Of a DNA stretch of 64,000 bases, positions 12,278 through 22,804 are shown piece after piece. The stretch covers positions 7,564,001-7,628,000 of the forward strand of contig JBHGNT010000021.1 in the NCBI GenBank assembly GCA_043228905.1. Direction: 5' to 3'. Origin of the DNA: Azolla caroliniana (taxonomy: Eukaryota; Plantae; Polypodiophyta). Made by a program: the position numbers and the translations under genes. A model generated the notes under the pieces. That model did no database searches and was not told where the DNA came from. It worked only from the letters and a program-made list of their open reading frames with translations. Numbering within the stretch: position 1 is the first letter of the stretch; every line of letters begins with the position of its first letter.

Positions 12278-13981
12278 ATGCGACAAAGGACAAGGGTTAA
12301 ACAAAAGGCTAATCGGCAATTCCAACCAGAAAACAGTGATGGGTCAGCACCGAAAAGGCAACGCACAAAGGAAAATTCGAATACGCCTGTAGTAGCAGAA
12401 GTAATAAAACTAGGGAATGAGAGCGTTTCGACACAACCTCAACAAGGACAATCTTCAAAAGTAGCAATTCGGGAAGCACATGGGTGCTTGGATATTCCAC
12501 CAGCAGCACATGAATTAGCTGCCATTTTACAGTTCGGAACTTCATACGAACTAGTTGAATGGTTGGCTAAAAGATTGACAGAAGTATCAGAACGGCTGGC
12601 TCAAGAACATAATGACCGAATAATGATACAGAAGGCCTTACGAGGAGTGTTGGAACCTCAAGAAAAAGCAGAGATAGAGAAAATCGGCCGGAAAAGAAAT
12701 GCACAGAATGGAGGGGAGGCTATTGAAATGCCACCATTACATGAAGCACTGGTCGAAATTCATAGAGAATATGAAACGGCACGCAAAGCAACCAGTGATA
12801 TGGCTGAAAGATACAAAAGTGTATCAGCATCGGCGGAGGTGCTGAAACATCAGTTTTGTAACATACAGGCAGAAAATAAAGAACTAAAAGAAAGTCTAAA
12901 CAAATGGGAAACACAGGCACGGCCTATGGCGTCGGAGTCAGAATGGCAGCAGAAATTGGAGGACGCTGAGAAAGCACGTCAAGCAGAAACAACAAGGGCC
13001 AACAATGCTGTATTTCGAACTACAGAATTAGAAAAACAAATAGAAACCATTCAGAATGGCCAATACAAACTTCTCGAAGAAAAAAATCAATTAATAAACG
13101 AATTACAGAAAAATCTAGAAGAAGCTAAGACGGCCAATCATACATATACCGAACAAATTGAGGAATTCGAAAGGTATATAGTGTCACAGGAAAGTCAATT
13201 GACAGAAAAAGAGCGGAGTCTTGAAGAAGTCAACAGAAGAATTACGGAACACCAGGAGGAATGGAGCAAAGAGAAATCGGCATTCGAACAACAACTGAAC
13301 GAAATTCGGAAGATATCGGAACAAAGGCGGCTGGACATATATGTAGTCGAATCCAAACTAATGCGGGCTGAAAGTGAAAACCGAGCCACTATTACGGATT
13401 TACGGAAAGAGTTGCAAACCACTCAATACGTCGCAAGCATCACTAAGGACAAAGTGCAGCACATCATAGGGAAACATCGAAACCTAGCAAAGAAAATGAT
13501 CGATGAATCCCTTGCGCAAGGATGGAAGTTATGGACGGCACAAGCGGCGGAATTACAGTTATTGCGTGCCGACAAAAATAACCGTCAGGTCCAAGGTGCA
13601 GGTTTTTTTAAAATGGCACAAAAGGATATTGACAATATCCAAGAGGATATCATGAAAGATATGGACGAAATTGCGGCATTTTACAGAGAAGAAATTCAAC
13701 GTATTATGCAAGAATTCGACAAAAATGATATAGGCACTTCCGTCCAGTTGGATAAAATCGAAGCCGAAAGAACCAGCAAGACTCCTGGTCTTCAAGCTCC
13801 CGGAAGAAGTGAACCAGAGCAGCCAACCGAATCACAACATTCAAAACCTGCTCCGAATGACGACTGTGACACAGATGAAGATGAAGATGAAGAGGAAGAT
13901 ATAGATGGAATACATCCAAGGCCAGAAGAGCCTTCGATTTTTGATATTCTGAACGATTCGGATGAAGAGCTACAAGAATAG
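12278..13981 (+). CDS. Coiled-coil accessory protein of the LTR element, function unknown
   Basis: 567-aa E/K/Q-rich ORF in the same frame as the 9407 ORF, separated by one TGA. WKLWTAQAAELQLLRA matches WQEWSAQSADLHILRA in ORF 31678. Acidic tail. Confidence 0.75.
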   Translation: MRQRTRVKQKANRQFQPENSDGSAPKRQRTKENSNTPVVAEVIKLGNESVSTQPQQGQSSKVAIREAHGCLDIPPAAHELAAILQFGTSYELVEWLAKRLTEVSERLAQEHNDRIMIQKALRGVLEPQEKAEIEKIGRKRNAQNGGEAIEMPPLHEALVEIHREYETARKATSDMAERYKSVSASAEVLKHQFCNIQAENKELKESLNKWETQARPMASESEWQQKLEDAEKARQAETTRANNAVFRTTELEKQIETIQNGQYKLLEEKNQLINELQKNLEEAKTANHTYTEQIEEFERYIVSQESQLTEKERSLEEVNRRITEHQEEWSKEKSAFEQQLNEIRKISEQRRLDIYVVESKLMRAESENRATITDLRKELQTTQYVASITKDKVQHIIGKHRNLAKKMIDESLAQGWKLWTAQAAELQLLRADKNNRQVQGAGFFKMAQKDIDNIQEDIMKDMDEIAAFYREEIQRIMQEFDKNDIGTSVQLDKIEAERTSKTPGLQAPGRSEPEQPTESQHSKPAPNDDCDTDEDEDEEEDIDGIHPRPEEPSIFDILNDSDEELQE

Positions 13982-14025
13982 GCGTGGGTTCGCTGGACAA
14001 GGTCCTGGCCCACGGACGTGCCAAG

Positions 14026-14480
14026 TGTTACCCGGACCCGGACAGTCAGTTTTACCGAACAAGTGGGAAAGCGTCGAAAACGGAGTCGGTTCGGATCGAC
14101 TGTTCGGATCAATGACTCAGCAGTGAACAAAGAGAACTAAGTTAGTTAGATAATTTTGTAATTCTTGATAGTAAGTAGGAATAGTTCTTGATGAGAAAAG
14201 ACCTTCGGTATACCTATAAAAGGGAACCGAAGGCATTGTAAGATGGTCGTTTATTTAGTAATATAAGTTTAAGTTAGGAATATCATGTACGGATTTTGTG
14301 TTCTTTCTATTGTCTATGTTGTTAAGTGCAATCTTCCTAATTTATAACTAAGTAACGATCACGGTAATTACCGATTAATATAGTATATTTCCGTTCGTAA
14401 AACACAATTCCTTGTTAGAACGTTGAGTAGCGACGTTCACTCTTCTGTATCGGTAGTAGTTAGTAATTAGCCGATTAACA
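14026..14480 (+). repeat. 3' LTR
   Basis: Direct repeat of 8893-9347, followed by TSD CCATG. Confidence 0.95.
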
Positions 14481-14811
14481 CCATGTTCTCTTGTAAAACA
14501 AACATGTATTTCGCGAAAACAGTTAAATAAATTCGTTTGGAATCAATTTCTTGTATACAGTCTGCTTTCTGTGCTTCTTTCTCAATAAAATCATGTCTTT
14601 TTTGTTAAGTTTTAAGTTATAAGTTATAGCGAAATAGTCATCAGTAGCTAATTAGCTGTACAAATGCAGCTAATTAGCTGTCAATAGCTAAATAGTCATC
14701 AATAGCATGAAATCAACAATCTGCAACATATTCCTCAAATTACACAGTAGATAAGTACAATGGGAACAAGTAATTAAATTCTTCATTGAATAATGCCATC
14801 TCTTTACATAT

Positions 14812-15867
14812 TTATAAATTACCATTGGAAATGTCTACAAATCTCCTATAAACAGCTAAGCTCTTGCTAGTCAGTGGAACGAGTCTACATATATTATCCG
14901 CATATTGAGCTCGGTATGGAGTCCACAACCATGCACCTAGTTGGCAGCTCACTATTTGCACCAGGTACTGTTCAGGCATTTCCTCGGGTAGAATGAGACA
15001 GCATCTCCGAATATTGAAGTAGTGTCGGAAATGTTCTGTATCCAAAATCAATGTATTGTCGGCATTATATTCAGGCCAAGTAGCCCAAAAATCAGAAAGT
15101 CTCTTGAATCTTGCAGCTTCCATTTGCTCACAATTTTCTCGTGCCCATTGACCTTTAAAACGACTTCGCCATTTTGGGAAGAATCTTGCCAAACACTTCC
15201 ACACATCTGATTTTGGTTTTTCACTCCAAATAAACAAATCAAAGTATTCCACAGCCCACTCTAGAAACTGATTTGTGTCCCTCCTTGGCTGCATATATCT
15301 CACACTCATCAAGACTTTATCAAGCTCCAAGATCAAGTCTCTTCTTTCGACTTCTAGTGGTTTAGGTTTCCATTCTTGAAACTGAGCCGCTATTACACCA
15401 TTTTCTGGTAGGATACGATCAATCTCAATCAGCTCAGGTTCGGCTGACACAACTGGTGTCCTTTTCCTCTTTAAACCCCTAGTCGACTGTGTTGGGCCTA
15501 GCTTCACATTCTGGTGCTCTTGTTTTGTCGACTTAGTTATCAATCCTTGGATTACCTCAGTGCATGTAGCTACTGATCTGCTCGATATCAGTCCACTGGT
15601 ATCACATGCTGCATCTACCTGCAACACCAAGTCATCCGTGCTACATGCTTGATCAACTTGTGTGACCAGATCACTTGTGTCAGTTGCTACATCTACTTTC
15701 AAGATGGGGCCCTTTAAACATGCCGCAACATCAACAGTATCCACACTGCCATTGGCCTTACGAGCAATAGAATCAAACCCTTTAGACTCTGCAACATCAG
15801 AAAACACCAACATATTCACACTCACAAAGTAACTAATAGTCTCACAAAACAATATCCTGAACATCAA
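14812..15867 (-). CDS. Transposon-borne FCP1/SCP (NIF, HAD-fold) phosphatase-like protein with a degenerate active site; 5' structure uncertain
   Basis: LILELDKVL (cf. LVLDLDETL), RRDTNQFLEWAVEYFDLFIWS (cf. RPxxxxFLxxxxxxFExxIWT) and NTLILD. Probable splice acceptor near 15789. Confidence 0.6.
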   Translation of the reverse strand: MMFRILFCETISYFVSVNMLVFSDVAESKGFDSIARKANGSVDTVDVAACLKGPILKVDVATDTSDLVTQVDQACSTDDLVLQVDAACDTSGLISSRSVATCTEVIQGLITKSTKQEHQNVKLGPTQSTRGLKRKRTPVVSAEPELIEIDRILPENGVIAAQFQEWKPKPLEVERRDLILELDKVLMSVRYMQPRRDTNQFLEWAVEYFDLFIWSEKPKSDVWKCLARFFPKWRSRFKGQWARENCEQMEAARFKRLSDFWATWPEYNADNTLILDTEHFRHYFNIRRCCLILPEEMPEQYLVQIVSCQLGAWLWTPYRAQYADNICRLVPLTSKSLAVYRRFVDISNGNL

Positions 15868-16037
15868 AGAGTTTCAGTCATAGAACAACACTCTTCAAAT
15901 TATCTTGGAAAAACATCATAGAGTTCCATTACATAATGTGGATCAAGCAACAACCAATCTGAGGTTTTACTTGTCCAACAGGATAGTAAAACTTCATAAA
16001 ACCCTAGCAAAATCCCTAAGCTAACAATCATATCCAA

Positions 16038-17441
16038 CTAAACAGTATTTCGCTCCACTACGTCTGGGCCCCTTGACCGAGTAACTGGTCTTGTTCCCGA
16101 TCGTGGCCCCTTCTTCAGCCTTTTTCTGGTTGGTTCCCCATTTAGCCTTGCTTCTTTCACCCAATGCGCAAGTGTGTCCTCCTCCGACAACCTTCCCATC
16201 GCCTCAGCAGCTAATTGCACATCAGCCGTTTCTTGAACTAGCTTTTCAAGTACAGAGGGATCTGTTTGGACATTTTCAGTAGTTGGGCTCGGTGGGGTGG
16301 AATCAAGGTCTTGAGACTCGAAGAAATGTTGCATCAAGTGTTCATAAACACTGTTGTTGTGAACCTCAGTTTTACATGTTGTTTCCACTATTTCACGGCA
16401 TTTCACATCGTTGCCTAATTCAGTACACTGTTCCAAAAGAATAGGGTGCAGCTGATCTGAAGGAGATGTGATAGCAGGACTCTTACTTTCAGCCACATTG
16501 GTAGTAGTATCCTCATCTGTTGCAGCATCATCAGCACCAGACACATCATGTGCCGTCCTTAATCCACAAGATTCTACAATAACATGACAGTTATTTAGGA
16601 TAGCTAATTAGCTACTTTACTAAACTATGGTAGAAGCTAGGATAGCTAATTAGCTAGTACGATAGCTAATTAGCTAGTATGATAGCTAATTAGGTACTTT
16701 ACTCAACTATGGTAGTAGTTAGGATAGCTAATTAGCTACTTTACTCAAGTATGGTAGTAGCTAGGATAGCTAATTAGCTACTTTACTCAACTATGGTAGT
16801 AGCTAGGATAGCTAATTAGCTACTTTACTAACTATGGTAGTAGCTAGGATAGCTAATTAGCTACTTTACTAACTATGGTAGTAGCTAGGATAGCTAATTA
16901 GCTACAATGAAAGCTAATTAGCTACTTTCTCAACTATGTAGTAGCTAGGATAGCTTATTAGCTACTAGGACAACTAATTAGCTGCCAGTAGCTAATTAGC
17001 TACTAGGACAGCTTATTAGCTACTTTACACAACTATGGCAGTAGCTAATTAGCTACTATGATAGCTAATTAGCTAGTAGGATAGCTAATTAGTTGCCAGT
17101 AGCTAATTAGCTACTAGGATAGCTAATTCGCTAGTACGATAGCTAATTAGTTGCCAGCAGCTAATTAGCTAGTAGGATAGCTAATTAGCTACTAGGATAG
17201 CTAATTAGTTACCAGTAGCTAATTAGCTAGTAGGATAGCTAATTAGCTTTTTTACACAACTATGGTACTAGCTAATTAGCTAGTAGGATAGCTAATTAGC
17301 TACTAGGATAGCTGTCAGGAACTCTATTAAGGCAGAGAAGGAATTAGTACTAAAAGAAGGATTAGTACTATTGTTGGGGAATAGTACTAAGACAGAGAAG
17401 GATTAGTACTATGAGAGGTGTCGAACTTTGAGAGAAGGAAT

Positions 17442-17504
<63 letters not shown>

Positions 17505-20500
17505 GTGATGCGAAAGATATATGTATTATATGACGGAAGATATACAACAGTAGTTAGAAGGCTTAAGACTGGCGTTGAACCGATTTGGTTCGAACTAATG
17601 CCTTGCGCCTCCTTTTATAGTGTCTTCAGGAATACTCCTGAAGTTTCTAGAATGTTCCAGAGAAATCTGGAATATACATCAATTTCCCAATAAAACCTAA
17701 ATGAAAATAATATCCTTCAAATTACAATTCATACCCTAATGGTAAAGTCTCGACCCGTGTAACAAAAGGTTATGGGTTCGAGTCTAGTTATGACACTATC
17801 CCCCCTTTAAAACGACGAGTTTCACGAGTCGTTTTGGATTGAGGACCCGGTTTCTCGGGATATCGTCGATGGAAGTCTTCTAGAAGAGCACAAGCATTGG
17901 TCACATTCTCGATCGGTTCCCAAGTACGCTCGCTGGGACTATATCCTAGCCAATCGACTAGATAGTAGAGCTTGTTGCGAACAATCTTGGAATCGAGGAT
18001 GGCAGCGACCTCATACTCAGGTCCATCTTCGAGCTCGATAGGAGGTGGAGGTTGTATAGTACGTCCTGGGATAGTGCTCTCGTGATAGGGTTCGAGGAGA
18101 GAACTATGAAACACCGGGTGTATCCGAAGTTGCGGAGGTAGCTCGAGACGAAAAGCGACATCATTAATCTTCCCGATAATACGGAAAGGACCTAATCGCC
18201 GATAATCCAACTTCTCACATGGGCGAGTAGTCTTGATGTGTCGTCGTAGCAGCCACACCCGATCTCCAATGTTAAAACTGGATGGAAGTCGATGACGATC
18301 TGCGTAGTCCTTGTGTGATTGTTGAGCTTGCTGGAGTTGAGTAGATAAATCCGCTTGTATCTTGCGCAACCGCTCCAAACGATCCTCCGCGCAAGGATTT
18401 GTGGACACTTCTGGGGTTTCAAGGACACACCACCGGGGATGATATCCCGTATAAGCGTAGAATGGCGTGACTTTAGTCGATGCGTGGATAGCGTTATTAT
18501 AGGCAAATTCGGCGAACTGAAGAATATCTGCCCAGTCATTCTGATGATAGTTGAGAAAGCACCGCAGATACTGCTCCAGTGTTTGATTTGTTCGTTCGGC
18601 TTGACCGTCGGTTTGTGGGTGGTAGCCGGAGGAGAGGTTACAAGTGACCTTCAGCATTTTAAAAAGGTGCTTCCAGAATTTTGACACAAACTGGGGTCCA
18701 CGATCGCTGATGATATTATCAGGGAGTCCATGATGCCGACATACTTCCCGCATGACAATTTCGGCGGTGTCTTCACTAGATATTTCTTTAGTACATGGTA
18801 AGAAATGAGCCATCTTCGTATATCGATCCACCACTGTGAGAATCGCACTGAATCCCTTAGAGACTGGAAGATCTGTAATGAAGTCAAGAGCAATGGATTG
18901 CCATGGCTTGCTCGGAATTGGTAATGGTTCTAATAAACCATATGGATGATGTCTTGGCATTTTCGCTCTGCAGCATGTATCGCAAGTCCGAACAAAATCT
19001 TCGACAAATTGTCGCATACGGGGCCACCAGAATGATCGTTGTACTAAATCTAATGTTTTAGTACTACCAAAATGTCCTGCTGTATATGTGTCATGGCAGT
19101 TTTGTACTACTCGAAGGCGGCAAGAACCATTAGGAACATACAAAAGTTCTTTAAAGAAGAGTAATCCATCACAGTATTTGAATTGCCGATAATCCGTACC
19201 TGGTGATTGTGATTGTGAACATGACGCTCGAGAGGGGTCAATTTGTGCTAGTATAGCTTGGGCGAAAGCGTCAGTCTTCAAGTCCTCACGTATAGTATTG
19301 GTAATGTCGGAATCCACGGGCATGTCAAAGACCTGTGCTGCTTGCAGTCGTGCTGGACCCAAGATTACTTGCTTCTGGTTATCGAAAGCTGGCTCACCGG
19401 GACGTGGTGTTAGATACGAACGCCGTGATAATGCATCTGCCTTCCCTTAGTGCTTCCCCGGACGATATGTAATTTTGAAGTCGAAGCGTGTGAGGAAGTG
19501 GGCCCACCGAGCTTGATGTCGATTCAGTACACGAGCATCTTGAAAGTAGGCAAGGTTCTTGTGGTCACTGAATACAGTGACCTGATGAGGAGATCCCTCC
19601 AGGAAATGCCTCCATTGCATAAAAGAATCAACTATTGCTAATAGCTCTTTATCATGAATTTCGTAGTTGATTTCGGCGGCGTCAAACTTACGGGAGTGGA
19701 AAGCCACAGGATGTAGCTTCTCGTCGTTACCCTGTTGTGACAGAATGCTCCCCAATGCGAAATCCGATGCATCAGCTTCGATAATGAATGGTTTTTCCGG
19801 ATCCACATGACCTAAAATTGGAGCTGATGTAAACGCCTTCTTAAGACTCTCGAAAGCCATGTCCGTCTCTTTAGACCAAATGAATGATTGTCCCTTCCTG
19901 GTGAGCTGTGTGAGAGGCAGCACAATTTTTGAGTAATTTTGTATGAACTTCCGGTAGAAATTTGCAAAGCCTAGGAAGCATTGCACATCCCGCACCGAAC
20001 GCGGAGTGTGCCATTCTATCACCGTTTTGACCTTGGCTGGGTCCATAGATATGCCTTCTGAGGAGATGACATAGCCGAGAAACTCCACTTGGTTGCACCC
20101 GAAACTACATTTCTCTAACTTTGCATACAGACCATGTTCTCGAAGTCGTTTTAGTACTAATAGTACATGAGAATCATGTTCTTCTTGGGTCTTTGAATAA
20201 ACCAGTAGATCATCCAAATATATGATCAAAAAATCATCCAAGAGATCTCGAAATATATCATTCGCCATGTGCTGGAAGACTGCCGGCGCATTAGTGAGTC
20301 CGAACGGCATGACCGTATACTCGAAGTGCCCATATCTGGTGCGAAACGCGGTCTTCCATTCATCTCCTGGTCGGATCCGTACGAGGTTATAGGCTCCTCG
20401 TAAGTCTATCTTCGTGAAGAACCTGGCACCGTTGATCCGTTCTAAAAGACTTGAGATAAGGGGAAGAGCATACCTATTTCTTACTGTGACCTTATTCAAG

Positions 20501-22759
20501 CCACGGTAATCTACAACGAGTCGAAGCGAGCCATCTTTTTTCTTGACGAAGAAAATGGGTGCGCCAGCTGGAGATTTCGAATGCCGAATGAAACCGTTCT
20601 CCAAATTCTCCTCTATATAGGCTCGAAGGACTTCTAGCTCGGTTGGTGACAAATTGTAGATCGGCCCCCATGGCGGCTCTTTTCCCGGTTGTAAGTCGAT
20701 GGCGCAGTCGTACGGCCGATGATGAGGAAGTGTGTTGGCTTGTACTTTATCGAACACATCAGCATACTGACGATACTTCTCGGGAAGTTGAACGGTGGAC
20801 TCCTCTTTGGTGGTGCTGGAGGGTTGTACTGATATTGCAAAGAGAAACATTTCCTCCTTGCGCCCTTCCTCACGCAACTGACGTAGCGAAATGGTTGCAA
20901 CCTTCTGGGTAGATCCTTGGGTTTGTCGCAACCGGATTTCCCTTGTCCTCCAATCTATGTCTGGGTCATGTAACTCGAACCATGGTAATCCTAAAACTAT
21001 GGGATGTTCTGGAATACTAATAATATTAAATGATACTACACATGTTAAGTTATCTAGGACAATATTAACGGGTTCCGACTCTTCTATGATATTACCAGAA
21101 GCAATGGGACGACCATCAATGACTACTACTGAGGCTGGACATGGGAGCTTTCTGAGAGATATCTGATGAGCTCGGGCAAAATTCCTATCCATGAAGCAAG
21201 AATTAGCTCCGGAATCTAGAAGGGCTAAGGTATGTACTGGAGGGGTACTTTTAGTACTAACTGCTACTTGGGCTACGAACACATCACTAACTTGCTTAGA
21301 GGGAATGGAACCACTAATGGGCTGCACAGATCTAGGGCTGTCCAACCAAACGGCTCCTATTTTGGCTGGACTTAGTCGTTTAACTCTTCTTCTAATTGGC
21401 TAAGGACATCAAATTTGTTTGCGAGATTCAGACTATTAGTACTATTAGGACTATTATGACTATGAGGATTATCAGAGATTCCTACTGAAATAGACTCGGG
21501 TTTAGTATAGTCAGAACTAACAATGACTTGGTTTACCTGCCTTCTTGGTCTATGGGGACAGTTTATCGCGATATGCCCTGGTCCACCGCAATAAAGGCAT
21601 AATCGGTTTGTTCGGCGTCGTTGCTTTTCCTCCTCCGATAGCGGCCCACGACGACGTGTAGTGTCAATTTCCATTGGAGTTGGAGTACTTACTGGAGGCG
21701 CATTATGTGACTCCCTTTGAAAGGGTTTCGCTACCACTGAGGCATAGGTAGGCTCGGATCTTGCCCTCGGCATCTGAAATTGTCGTTCCGAACGTCGCTC
21801 GAAGAGGCGGTTGTCACATCTGACCGCTCGACTGATTGCTTCTGTTAATGATTTTGGCTCTTCAGGGAAAGTCAAGAGTAAATCCTTGACATCGTTGCGT
21901 AGACCATAGCGGAACTGCTCCATCAATGCTTGATCATCCCAGGGGATATCGGCGGCGAGTAGGCGGAAATCTGCAGCATATGCGGAGGCTGGACGGTCAC
22001 CTTGGCGTAATCGCCGGATTTTGTTGATTGCAGTCCTTATGCTGTCAGTATCTCCAAAACATGCTTTAAACTCACTTATGAATTCTTCAAAATTATTTAG
22101 TACTGGAGATTCCTTTTCTAGTAGCGGAGCGAACCATGCTAATGCTGAGCCATTTAACAACGTGCCTACTAAACCCACTCGTGATGCATCGGTGGGATAT
22201 CGGGACGGATGCATTTGAATAACTAACCGTACCTGGTTAAGGAACCCTCTAAACTGCGATCGCGTTCCATCGAACTTCGTGGGAAGGCCAATCTTGGGTT
22301 CTTTATGAATCCCTTGTGCTCCGTGCCCTTGTTGTTGCATTGCTACGATGGTTGCTTCGAGTTGTTGCACGCGTAACGCAAGTTCCCCATGCTGTTGTTG
22401 CGTTTGCTGCTTTTCTAAGGAAATTTGCTGAAGATCCCCCAACAAGCGTTGATTTTCTTGTTCCAAAGCATGAAACTTCTCTTTCAAGCATTGAAATTCC
22501 GAGAAAACGGATTGATACTCTTCAGCGCTAACGGTGGCCATGGGATGAAGGAAAAGGGAAATAAGAGACTAGTAGGAAAGGAGGGAGACAGAAGGAAGAG
22601 GGAGACTAGTAGACCAAAATCGGTTCAAACTGTCAGGAACTCTATTAAGGCAGAGAAGGAATTAGTACTAAAAGAAGGATTAGTACTATTGTTGGGGAAT
22701 AGTACTAAGACAGAGAAGGATTAGTACTATGAGAGGTGTCGAACTTTGAGAGAAGGAAT

Positions 22760-22804
<45 letters not shown>

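Larger units (their letters stand above)
8893..14480 (+). mobile_element. Young non-autonomous (pol-less) gypsy-derived LTR element
   Basis: 455-bp LTRs at 8893-9347 and 14026-14480 (one difference seen, 9068 G vs 14201 A). TSD CCATG. PBS-like TGGCATGCCC at 9359. No protease, RT, RNase H or integrase motifs. Confidence 0.93.
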
